Shown here piece by piece: positions 14,859 to 22,277 of a DNA stretch of 32,000 bases (positions within the stretch are counted from its first letter, which is position 1; the number at the start of each line of letters is the position of its first letter). Where the stretch lies: the NCBI RefSeq assembly GCF_042660085.1, contig NZ_JBHSTI010000008.1, positions 600,001 through 632,000 on the forward strand, in the 5' to 3' direction. The stretch comes from Longivirga aurantiaca. GTDB taxonomy: Bacteria > Actinomycetota > Actinomycetes > S36-B12 > CAIYMF01. Under the pieces are notes generated by a model that saw only the letters and a program-made list of their open reading frames with translations, did not search any database and had not been told where the DNA came from. The position numbers were made by a program, and so were the translations under genes.

Positions 14859-15158
14859 GTGACCGCAGGATCCGGGACACCGGCCGCCCAGCACGTCGTC
14901 GAGGACCAGAAGGCCGTGCTGGCCGTGGCCAACCGGCTCAAGCGCGCGCAGGGCCAGCTCGGCGGCGCGATCGCGATGCTCGAGGACGGCAGGTCCTGCC
15001 AGGACGTCGTCACGCTGCTCGCCGCCGTGAGCAAGGCTGTGGACCGGGCTGCGTTCCAGATGATCTCCACCAGCCTGCGCGAGTGCGTCGTGGCCGGCGA
15101 CCAGGACTCCGAGGTCGTGGCCGAGCAGCTGCAGAAGCTGTTCCTGTCCCTGGCCTGA
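14859..15158 (+). CDS. cstR: CsoR/RcnR-family repressor of the CstR (persulfide-sensing) type
   Basis: 99 aa with a GTG start and AGGAGG 5 nt upstream. LKRAQGQLGGAIAMLEDGRSCQDVVTLLAAVSKAVDRAAFQMISTSLRECV is the DUF156 fold. It has the two Cys, but Ser replaces the Cu-ligand His at Cys-4 (SLREC), as in S. aureus CstR (NLIEC) as I recall it. Confidence 0.82.
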   Translation: MTAGSGTPAAQHVVEDQKAVLAVANRLKRAQGQLGGAIAMLEDGRSCQDVVTLLAAVSKAVDRAAFQMISTSLRECVVAGDQDSEVVAEQLQKLFLSLA

Positions 15159-15184
15159 GATCGACCGCGCCGCAACCGATCTCA
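15156..15184. terminator. Weak inverted repeat between convergent cstR and methyltransferase genes
   Basis: TGAGATCG-N13-CGATCTCA, with 8-bp arms. It lies between the stops at 15158 (+) and 15199 (-). Confidence 0.3.
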
Positions 15185-15198
15185 GGCGGGACGCAGGT

Positions 15199-15813
15199 TC
15201 ACGTAGGACGTCGGGCGAGCACCACGGCGTCGAACGCGTGAGCGGGTGAGCCGGCGACCTCCACGGCTCTGGCTGCCTTGGCCGCCACCTCCACCGTCAG
15301 ACCGCTGCCCTCGAGGTCGGCGACGACGTCGTCCTCCGTGAAGAGCACGGCCGGGTCCTGCGGGCCGCCCACGCCCTCGGTCAGGTTGTCCGTGTGGTGG
15401 GCGACGACGAGCAGGGCGCCGCCGGGTGCCACCGCGGCCGCTGCGGACCGGTGCGCCCGGCGCCGGTCGTCCGCCGGGATCTGCAGGTAGCAGACGACGA
15501 CGAGGTCGAAGCCCTGGTCGCCGAGCGGATCGGCGACGACGTCGGCCTGGCGCACGTGCAGCCGCCCGAGGGGCTGCACGCGCTGGTCCCACAGGTGAGC
15601 CGCGCGCTGGAGGGCGACCGCCGAGAAGTCGGTGACGGTCGCCTCCCAGCCGCGGTCGGCGAGCCACAGCGCGTTGCGTCCTTCGCCGCCGGCGACGTCG
15701 AGCGCCCTGCCAGGGGGTAGGGCGGAGCAGTGCTGCTCGACGAACACGTTCGGACCGGTGGACCACACGCGGTCCACGGCGGCGTAGCGGGCGTCCCACT
15801 CTGCGGCTCGCAC
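15199..15813 (-). CDS. Class I SAM-dependent methyltransferase (TehB/TPMT-like)
   Basis: 204 aa with a GTG start. ALDVAGGEGRNALWLADRGWEATVTDFS (motif I plus an acidic loop) and LLVVAHH are present. It is the last gene of the sqr transcription unit, 10 nt after the 59-aa ORF. Confidence 0.8.
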   Translation of the reverse strand: MRAAEWDARYAAVDRVWSTGPNVFVEQHCSALPPGRALDVAGGEGRNALWLADRGWEATVTDFSAVALQRAAHLWDQRVQPLGRLHVRQADVVADPLGDQGFDLVVVCYLQIPADDRRRAHRSAAAAVAPGGALLVVAHHTDNLTEGVGGPQDPAVLFTEDDVVADLEGSGLTVEVAAKAARAVEVAGSPAHAFDAVVLARRPT

Positions 15814-15823
15814 GTCCGACCCC

Positions 15824-16003
15824 TCAGTGGTGCGACGTGCGGATCATCTTGAGCATGCGCAGGGACACCGCGGCGAAGCGGAATCCCTGCACCGGCAGAG
15901 ATGTGCGCTGGCGCAGCGTCTTGTCGGTGGGGGCCGGCGCCAACGTGACGGCCAGCGGCACCTCCGCCGGGGAGACGGGCTCGGTGCTCGGGTTCTCGGT
16001 CAT
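15824..16003 (-). CDS. Possible 59-aa protein between sqr and the methyltransferase
   Basis: Hand translation gives MTENPSTEPVSPAEVPLAVTLAPAPTDKTLRQRTSLPVQGFRFAAVSLRMLKMIRTSHH. It has GC3-biased codons and starts 7 nt after the sqr stop. It is below the ORF-track cutoff, and I recognise no family. Confidence 0.4.
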   Translation of the reverse strand: MTENPSTEPVSPAEVPLAVTLAPAPTDKTLRQRTSLPVQGFRFAAVSLRMLKMIRTSHH

Positions 16004-16010
16004 CGTCAGC

Positions 16011-17468
16011 TCACTCCGGGATGAAGGACCAGCCGGGCAGGCCCTTCGCCTTGTAGATGAACATGTAGTGGAGCAGGTTCTTCATCCAGTGCCCCGCGAG
16101 CCCGATCTCACCGGTGGTGTCGTCGAGGCTGCGGCCGTAGCCGGGGAAGCGGGCGTAGTCGGGGACGACGGGGTACATCGTCATCGAGGCGGCGGTGCCC
16201 TTCGTGAACCCGGCACCGGCGCTGGCGACGCAGGCTGCGCCCATGTCGGCCATCGAGGCCGTGTGCTCGGGCCTGGTCGCCTTGCCCGTCACCATGTCGG
16301 CGATGCTCTGCGCGACAGCCTTGCCCATGAGCCCCGACGGCATGCCCGTCCGCGGCGGCGCGGGCGAGATGGCCGTGCCCTTCGGGCTCGTGCGCGGTAC
16401 CGAGATCGGGTGGGGCGGGGCGAACGCGATGCCGATGCCGAAGACGTTCGCGTACTTCGGGCTCTGGTACGTGCTCGGCCAGTCCTCGGCCCTGTACTCG
16501 TCGAACTTCTTCGGCGTGTAGTCGGCGTCCACCTTGAGGAACCCGCTCGGCGCGAAGACCTCCGAGCTGATGTCGCTTCCGTCGCGCGCGAACGCCTGCA
16601 GGTCGACGCCGCGGAACGGCGGGAGCAGCATGGCGAAGTCGAAGTCGAGCACGCCGTCGACGCCGTCGAGAGTCTCGTAGTAGAGCCGGCCGTCCTCGAT
16701 CCTCGTCGGGTGCGCACGGGTGATCGAGCGGACGTCGCGCTCGACGAAGAGCGACTCCGTCCAGAGCTGGCTCGTGGTGACGAAGCCCTCCTGCTTGAAG
16801 GTCAGGCCGCCGACGCCGAAGTCGCCGAGCTCGTACTCGTTGGTGAAGTAGACGATCTCGGCGAGGTCGCGCACCCCGGCGGCGCGGAGCTCGTGCTCGA
16901 CGTTGAACGTGTACTCGAACGCCGCGCCCTCGCAGGTGCAGGTGCCGTGGCCGACGCCGATGACCAGGCGCTGCTTCTCGCCGCGCTTGAGCCTGGCGAT
17001 CACCTCGGCGAGGGCCTTGGCGGCCTCCTCGGCGTGGCCGTAGGTGCAGACGGAGTAGGTGTGGCCGTCCGGGCCGAGGCCCGGCGTCGCGCCGAAGTTG
17101 AGCTTGGGCCCGGTGGCGTTGATGACGTAGTCGTACTCGATGCGCTCGACGTGCCCGGTCTTGCCAGGGGCGGTCCACTCGATCTCGACCTTGGGCCTGT
17201 CGGACGAGTCGTCGCCCTCGGGCCACAGCGCCACGGCCTTGGCCTGGTGGTAGGTGATGCCCTTCTTCTTGTAGACCGGTGCGAGCTTGAACGTCACGTC
17301 CTCCGCCGACATCCGGCCGACCCCGACCCAGATGTTGGACGGGATCCAGTTCCAGTTCGAGTTGGGGGAGACCACCACGACCTCGTGCTGCTTGCCCAGC
17401 AGCCGCCGCAGGTGGAGGGCTGCGGTGTGGCCGGAGATCCCGGCTCCCAGGACGACGACGCGTGCCAT
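16011..17468 (-). CDS. sqr: Sulfide:quinone oxidoreductase-like FAD-dependent pyridine nucleotide-disulfide oxidoreductase
   Basis: I take the start at MARVVVLGAGISGHTAALHLRR, which has the GxGxxG FAD fold. SPNSNWNWIPSNIWVGVG is present, along with a second dinucleotide region RLVIGVGHGTCTCEGAAFEY containing a Cys pair, and NVFGIGIAFAPPH. 485 aa. It sits in a sulfide-detoxification gene context. Confidence 0.82.
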   Translation of the reverse strand: MARVVVLGAGISGHTAALHLRRLLGKQHEVVVVSPNSNWNWIPSNIWVGVGRMSAEDVTFKLAPVYKKKGITYHQAKAVALWPEGDDSSDRPKVEIEWTAPGKTGHVERIEYDYVINATGPKLNFGATPGLGPDGHTYSVCTYGHAEEAAKALAEVIARLKRGEKQRLVIGVGHGTCTCEGAAFEYTFNVEHELRAAGVRDLAEIVYFTNEYELGDFGVGGLTFKQEGFVTTSQLWTESLFVERDVRSITRAHPTRIEDGRLYYETLDGVDGVLDFDFAMLLPPFRGVDLQAFARDGSDISSEVFAPSGFLKVDADYTPKKFDEYRAEDWPSTYQSPKYANVFGIGIAFAPPHPISVPRTSPKGTAISPAPPRTGMPSGLMGKAVAQSIADMVTGKATRPEHTASMADMGAACVASAGAGFTKGTAASMTMYPVVPDYARFPGYGRSLDDTTGEIGLAGHWMKNLLHYMFIYKAKGLPGWSFIPE

Positions 17469-17530
17469 GTCTCGTGCTCCTCGACGCAGGTGGCGCAGGC
17501 TGCGTGCGCGGCTCTGCGCACGTCCCGGAC

Positions 17531-17548
17531 CATACCCCCTGGGGTATG
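17531..17548. promoter_or_regulatory. CsoR/CstR-family operator-like palindrome, site B (upstream of sqr)
   Basis: CATACCCCCTGGGGTATG, with 7-bp core arms ATACCCC/GGGGTAT around a CT centre. It lies about 70 nt upstream of the sqr ATG. On the sqr strand the promoter-proximal arm reads GGGGGTATGGT, giving a TATGGT candidate -10. Confidence 0.6.
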
Positions 17549-17681
17549 CGGTTAGGACAGCCTCAGGGATGCGCCGACCCCGTGACCTGCCGCACAACCG
17601 GTCCAGCGTCAGCGCCTGAAGACCGCACCGGAGAGGGTCGCACCCCGGTCTGGGGAACGTCGCCCGTGCAGGCCGAGCCGC

Positions 17682-18497
17682 TCAGGCGAGGACGAGCTGG
17701 GCGGTCTGGTACGCCGCGACCACGAGCAGGAGGACGCCGAAGGTCCGCTGCAGCGCCGCCGACGGGATCCGCGGCTGCAGCACCGCGCCGAGCACGGCGC
17801 CGACCGCCGTACCGACCGCGACGACGGCGGTGAGGCCGCCGTCGACGTGCTCGGTGCCGTGGGCGAGGAAGGCCACGGTCACGTTGACGAGGATCACCAC
17901 GAGAGCGGTTGCGCTCGCGCGCCGCATGGGCATCCTGAGCGCCAGCACCAGGGCCGGGACGGCGATGAAGCCGCCGCCGACGCCGAAGAACCCGGTCACG
18001 AGGCCGACACCCGACGCAAGGAGCACGACCACGGCCCAGTTGGGGTCGGGCAGTGGCTTGTCGTCGTCCTCGGGAGAGGACTCGCTGCGTCCTCGCAGCA
18101 TGCCGTACGCGGCCAGGGCGAGGAGCACCACGAAGCCGGCGAGCTGCACCCGGTCGTCCACGGCGAACGCGAGCCGCGACCCCGCGATGGCGCCCGCGGA
18201 GCCCAGCGCACCGAACATGAGCCCGATGACCCAGTCGACGCGCCCGCCGCGGGCATGGGTGGCGAGGCCGGCGGCCGCGCCGACTCCGACGACGACCAGT
18301 GAGGTCGTGGCCGCGGCGTCGAGCGACAGCCCGAGCGCCAGCAGGATCGGCACCGCGAGCACACCGCCGCCGCCTCCGAGCAGGCCCATGACGGCGCCGA
18401 GCGCGAGGCCGGCGGCGACAGGCAGCAGGAGGGGCACGGGTGGGTGACGACGCTCAGGCCACGCGGCCCGGCGCGCCCTGCGCGTCGACGACCGCAC
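17682..18497 (-). CDS. TauE/SafE-family sulfite/organosulfonate exporter
   Basis: Multi-pass membrane protein with repeated Gly-rich helices: GAVMGLLGGGGGVLAVPILL and VTGFFGVGGGFIAVPAL. The start is uncertain. GTG at 18497 overlaps the rhodanese gene by 44 nt. GTG at 18437 gives 252 aa and begins directly at TM1. Confidence 0.82.
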   Translation of the reverse strand: MRSSTRRARRAAWPERRHPPVPLLLPVAAGLALGAVMGLLGGGGGVLAVPILLALGLSLDAAATTSLVVVGVGAAAGLATHARGGRVDWVIGLMFGALGSAGAIAGSRLAFAVDDRVQLAGFVVLLALAAYGMLRGRSESSPEDDDKPLPDPNWAVVVLLASGVGLVTGFFGVGGGFIAVPALVLALRMPMRRASATALVVILVNVTVAFLAHGTEHVDGGLTAVVAVGTAVGAVLGAVLQPRIPSAALQRTFGVLLLVVAAYQTAQLVLA

Positions 18498-18798
18498 CGC
18501 CGGACGCCTGCCATGCGCCCATGCCGCCGGCGACGTTCCAGGCGTCGACCCCCAGCGCGATCAGGTGAGCGGTCGCCGACTTCGAGCGGTTGCCGCTGCG
18601 GCAGACGACGAGAACGCGCTGCCCGGGAGCAGGCGCGAACCCGCCCGACGGCAGATCGCCGAGGGGCACGTGCACGGCGGTCGGAGCGTGTCCGGCCACC
18701 CACTCGGCAGGCTCGCGGACATCGAGCAGGACTGCGCCGTCACCGACGAGGCGCAGGGCCTCCGCGGCGTCGACCGTGGGAAGGGTCTGGTTGTCCAC
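18454..18798 (-). CDS. Single-domain rhodanese (sulfurtransferase) with active-site Cys
   Basis: The GTG start is preceded by AAGGAG. VDNQTLPTVDAAEALRLVGDGAVLLDVREPAEWVAGHAP...VLVVCRSGNRSKSATAHL contains the CRxGxR[ST] catalytic loop. 114 aa. Confidence 0.85.
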   Translation of the reverse strand: MDNQTLPTVDAAEALRLVGDGAVLLDVREPAEWVAGHAPTAVHVPLGDLPSGGFAPAPGQRVLVVCRSGNRSKSATAHLIALGVDAWNVAGGMGAWQASGGAVVDAQGAPGRVA

Positions 18799-18806
18799 GT
18801 CGCTCC

Positions 18807-20258
18807 TTAGTCGGCGTACGCCGCACCGAGAGTGGCCTGCGTGACCTGCTCGGCGGGGGTCCAGGCGCGGATCACGCGCGCGGTGGCGATGTCGGCGTCC
18901 AGGTGGACGACGGTGAGGCCTGCACGATCGAGGAGCGACGCCGCGGCCGAGGCGCGGAAGCCTGAGCCGCAGTAGACCCACACCGTCGCGTCGCGACCCG
19001 CGTGAGCTGCGGCACGGGACCAGGTCACGATCTTCTCGACGCTGCCCATGAGCTCGTGCAGGGGTACGTGCCGGGCGCCGGTCACGTGGCCCTCCTGCCA
19101 CTCGGTGCGGCGCCGGGTGTCGATGACGATCAGATCGGGATCGGCGGCGAGGGCCTCGTCGAGCTCGTGGAACTCGGCCCTGCGGTACGACGTGACGTCG
19201 GACGGCGCGAGCGCCCAGTCGCCGGGCTCGCCGTCGTTGAAGGCGGCCGGGCGGTCGATCCCGATCCGGGCGAGCTCGCGCTGCATGGCGGTCACGCGCT
19301 CCGGCGTGTCGCCCAGCAGGGTCAGAGGTGTGCCCCACGGGATCAGCCACCCGAGGTAGGTGACGGCGTTGCCGTCGCCGTCGAAGGAGAGGGTGCCGCG
19401 CAGGTGGCCCTCGGCGAAGACCCGACGTGAGCGCAGGTCGACGACCCACTCGCCGGCGTCCATGCGTCGCCGCAGCTCGGCGGCTTCGGCCCGCTCGGGC
19501 AGGGACAGGTCGATCGGGCCGGGGCCCGCCTGGTTGGCCGGTCCCATGTGCGCGTAGTACGCCGGGTAGGCGTCGAGGCCCGCGATCAGCTCGGCGACGA
19601 ACTCGTCCTCGTCGACCGTGCAGGCCGGGTTGGCCACGGCCTGCTGGCCGATGGTCGACTCGAGCCCGACGGTCGCGCTGGCGCTGCAGAACGAGCCGAA
19701 GCCGTGGGTCGGGAACACGGCGGCGTCGGGCTCGACCTCGGTCGTCAGGCGTCGGACGCTGCGCCACTGCGCGTGCGCGAGTTCGTGCGTGTGGTCCGGG
19801 CCGATGAGGTCGGGACGTCCGACGCTGCCGAACAGCAGCGAGCCGCCGGTGAACGCCGCGGCGTCCTTGCCGTCGACCGCGACGACGTACGAGAGGTGCT
19901 GCGGGGTGTGCCCAGGAGTGTGCACTGTGCGCCAGGCCATCCGCCCGCTCGTGAAGGTCTCACCGTCGCCGAGCTGGGTCGCGTCGTAGTCGAGCGCATA
20001 GCCCGTGGGGACGACGTACACGGCGCCGAGCTGTCGGGCGAGGACGAGTCCGCCCGACACGTAGTCGTTGTGGATGTGGGTCTCCACGACATGCGTCACG
20101 GTGAGCCCGTGCTCGGCGAGCACCGCCTCGACCCGGTCGAGGTCGCGCTGCGGGTCGACGACGACGGCGAGGCCGTCGAGGTGGACCACGTACGAGCGGT
20201 CACCGAGGTTCGGCGTCTCGATGACGACGACGTCGGGCAGGGCGGGCGCCGGGTGCAT
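18807..20258 (-). CDS. cstB: CstB-like persulfide dioxygenase (MBL fold) fused to a pseudo-rhodanese and a catalytic rhodanese domain
   Basis: 483 aa. The MBL motif is THIHNDYVSGG (H-x-H-x-D-Y rather than HxHxDH). HTPGHTP is present. The middle rhodanese-like domain lacks the Cys (LLGDTPE). The C-terminal rhodanese has VWVYCGSGFRAS. This is the same three-domain order as S. aureus CstB. Confidence 0.85.
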   Translation of the reverse strand: MHPAPALPDVVVIETPNLGDRSYVVHLDGLAVVVDPQRDLDRVEAVLAEHGLTVTHVVETHIHNDYVSGGLVLARQLGAVYVVPTGYALDYDATQLGDGETFTSGRMAWRTVHTPGHTPQHLSYVVAVDGKDAAAFTGGSLLFGSVGRPDLIGPDHTHELAHAQWRSVRRLTTEVEPDAAVFPTHGFGSFCSASATVGLESTIGQQAVANPACTVDEDEFVAELIAGLDAYPAYYAHMGPANQAGPGPIDLSLPERAEAAELRRRMDAGEWVVDLRSRRVFAEGHLRGTLSFDGDGNAVTYLGWLIPWGTPLTLLGDTPERVTAMQRELARIGIDRPAAFNDGEPGDWALAPSDVTSYRRAEFHELDEALAADPDLIVIDTRRRTEWQEGHVTGARHVPLHELMGSVEKIVTWSRAAAHAGRDATVWVYCGSGFRASAAASLLDRAGLTVVHLDADIATARVIRAWTPAEQVTQATLGAAYAD

Positions 20259-20291
20259 GAGGTCTCGTCTCGTCTCGTGGGGCAGGGAGGG

Positions 20292-20408
20292 TCAGCGGCA
20301 GGTGCAGCGGCGGTCGGTCGACACGTCGGCCATGACGAGATCGACGTGCATGCCGCAGCCGGACCAGGTGACCTTGCCGCAGCGGGAGCAGGTGGCGGGG
20401 CTGCACAT
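20292..20408 (-). CDS. Six-cysteine miniprotein, copy 2 (38 aa), uncharacterised; first ORF of the cstB-like operon
   Basis: MCSPATCSRCGKVTWSGCGMHVDLVMADVSTDRRCTCR. GGAGGA lies 6 nt upstream. The Cys and His positions are identical to copy 1. It is below the ORF-track cutoff as a stand-alone gene and is visible only as the C-terminal end of a 168-aa junk-prefixed ORF. Confidence 0.55.
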   Translation of the reverse strand: MCSPATCSRCGKVTWSGCGMHVDLVMADVSTDRRCTCR

Positions 20409-20463
20409 GGGGGTTCCTCCACGAGGTGTCGGGGCGCGAGGAGCGCCGGTGATGGCTCGAGAG

Positions 20464-20481
20464 TATACCCCCGGGGGTATC
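20464..20481. promoter_or_regulatory. CsoR/CstR-family operator-like palindrome, site C (upstream of miniprotein 2 and the cstB-like operon)
   Basis: The 16-bp perfect palindrome ATACCCCCGGGGGTAT lies at 20465-20480. On the minus strand it reads GGGGGTATACT, giving a TATACT candidate -10. Its centre is about 64 nt upstream of the ATG at 20408. Confidence 0.6.
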
Positions 20482-20527
20482 CGATCAAGTCGGGTCCGGG
20501 CCGCCCCGGGTGGGCTCGGGGTGGGGC

Positions 20528-21793
20528 TCATCGGAGCAGGTACCGGTCGACGAAGGCGTTCCCGAAGACGCCCCCGGGGTCGAGCCGGGCACGCAGGTCC
20601 TCGAACTCGCGACGGCGCGGGTAGAGCGAGCGGACGACGTCGGGGTCGGTCGTGAAGACCTTCCCCCAGTGCGGCCGGGCGTCGTACGGCGCGAGCCCGC
20701 GCTCGACTGCGAGGACGGCGGGTGCGACGGCCTCGGCGTCGTCGACCCAGGTGAAGTGGATGCAGACCGTGTCGCGTCCCTGGCACGGGCTGAGCCACAG
20801 GTCGTCGCCCGCCACGGTGCGGACCTCGCTGATCTGGAGCACCGGCGCGACCAGGTGGGCGACGCGCTGCACGGCTTCAAGTGCCTCGCGCGCAACGGAT
20901 CTCGGCACCATGTACTCGGTCTGCAGCTCCGCGCCGGCGCTCGGCGTGAACTCGAGCCGGAAGTGCGGGAGCCGTTCGAACCACGGGCCCGGGACTCCGC
21001 CCTGCTCGGTGCACGCGTCAGCCGCCACGCCGGGCACCGGGTGGCGCGGCGCGTCGGCCGGACGCGACCCGGTCCACCCGAGGTCGGCAGGGTCGCCCCC
21101 GGCTCGTCGCTTCACCCAGACCTGCTCGAACCCGTGCCCGGTCCAGGTGGTGAAGAGGCTCACGCTGTACGCCGCACCCATGACGTCGTCGAAGCGCTCG
21201 ACGGCAGTGCCGAAGGGCAGCCCCTCCCACACCGTCTGCTCCACGTCGTACGACGGCTCGAGGTCGAGGGTCATCGACGTGACGATGCCGAGCGCACCGA
21301 GGGCCACCACGCTGCCGTCGAAGTCTGCGTCGCCCCGCTGGAGGGTGTGCAGCGAGCCGTCGGCGGTGACGAGGTCGAGCGACCTGACGGCGGTGGCGAG
21401 GCAGCCGAGGCCGCTGCCCGACCCGTGCGTGCCGGTGGACGCCGAGCCCGCGACGGAGATGTGCGGCAGCGACCCCATGTTGTGCAGCGCGAGCCCGTGC
21501 GCGTCGACCAGCGGGGCGAGCTCGCCCCAGCGGGTGCCCGCGCTCACCCGTGCCGTGGACGCGACGGCGTCGACCTCGAGCACCCGCGGGAGCGAGTCGA
21601 GGAGCACGAGGGTGCCGTCCGTGTCGGCGACCGGGGAGAACGAGTGCCCGGTGCCCAGGGCACGAACGCGCGCGGTGGAGGCGACGACGTCCCGCAGCTC
21701 GTCGACGGACCGCGGCCGCACGGCGCGCTCCGGCGCGAACGTGACGTTGCGCGCCCAGTTCTGCAGCGGCGCGTCGTACGTCGGTGTCGTCAC
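20528..21793 (-). CDS. FAD-linked oxidoreductase of the alditol oxidase / D-arabinono-1,4-lactone oxidase family
   Basis: 421 aa with a GTG start. NWARNVTFAPERAVRPRSVDELRDVV, RALGTGHSFS (the covalent-FAD His region), HNMGSLPHISVAGSASTGTHGSG, and the ALO C-terminal domain RPHWGKVF...FGNAFVDRYL. Confidence 0.85.
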   Translation of the reverse strand: MTTPTYDAPLQNWARNVTFAPERAVRPRSVDELRDVVASTARVRALGTGHSFSPVADTDGTLVLLDSLPRVLEVDAVASTARVSAGTRWGELAPLVDAHGLALHNMGSLPHISVAGSASTGTHGSGSGLGCLATAVRSLDLVTADGSLHTLQRGDADFDGSVVALGALGIVTSMTLDLEPSYDVEQTVWEGLPFGTAVERFDDVMGAAYSVSLFTTWTGHGFEQVWVKRRAGGDPADLGWTGSRPADAPRHPVPGVAADACTEQGGVPGPWFERLPHFRLEFTPSAGAELQTEYMVPRSVAREALEAVQRVAHLVAPVLQISEVRTVAGDDLWLSPCQGRDTVCIHFTWVDDAEAVAPAVLAVERGLAPYDARPHWGKVFTTDPDVVRSLYPRRREFEDLRARLDPGGVFGNAFVDRYLLR

Positions 21794-21818
21794 CGCTCGA
21801 GCCTAGGCGCGGTGGGGG

Positions 21819-22277
21819 TCAGGGGGCGGAGGTTCCGTCGCGGCCGTAGTCGTCGGCGAGTCGGACGACGTCGTGCTGCCACCCCACGCCGGCCGTCGAG
21901 GCCTCGACGAGCACCACATCGGTCACCGCGGTGATGCGGTGCACGACCGTCGCCGGCACGTGCACCGTGTCGCCCGCGATCATCGTGGTGCGCTCCAGCA
22001 TTCCTGCGGACGGGCCGGCCTCGAACACCATCTCTCCGCTGATGACGCTGATGGTCTCGTCCTTGCGGTGGTGCAGCTGGAGGCTGAGCGAGCGTCCGGC
22101 CAGCACGTGGATGAGCTTGCCCGCGTAGCCGTTGCTGCCGTCGGCGAAGAGGGTCTCGTGGCCCCAGGGCTTGTCCTGCCGGGCGGCCTCGAGGTGCTCG
22201 GCGTCGGGGGCGTCGGGCAGCACGGGCGGGGAGAGGAACGGGTTGTTGCTCGGCCTGAGGCCGTTGGGCATGGTCAT
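21819..22277 (-). CDS. Cupin-domain protein resembling the type II phosphomannose isomerase C-terminal cupin
   Basis: 152 aa. KPWGHETLFADGSNGYAGKLIHVLAGRSLSLQLHHRKDETISVISGEMVFE...GDTVHVPATVVHRI contains the LSLQ.H..R.E cupin pattern. An ATGA overlap links it to the upstream gene (22274-22277). Confidence 0.78.
   Translation of the reverse strand: MTMPNGLRPSNNPFLSPPVLPDAPDAEHLEAARQDKPWGHETLFADGSNGYAGKLIHVLAGRSLSLQLHHRKDETISVISGEMVFEAGPSAGMLERTTMIAGDTVHVPATVVHRITAVTDVVLVEASTAGVGWQHDVVRLADDYGRDGTSAP

Noticed and set aside
14859-15158. Interpreting the DUF156 regulator as a copper-sensing CsoR, and the Cys-rich miniproteins as copper metallothioneins.
   Set aside because: The position four residues before the second Cys is Ser (SLREC), not the His needed for the Cys-His-Cys Cu(I) site. 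No copA or copZ-type genes are present. The regulated genes are sqr, a persulfide dioxygenase, a rhodanese and tauE. A copper link cannot be fully excluded without experiments.
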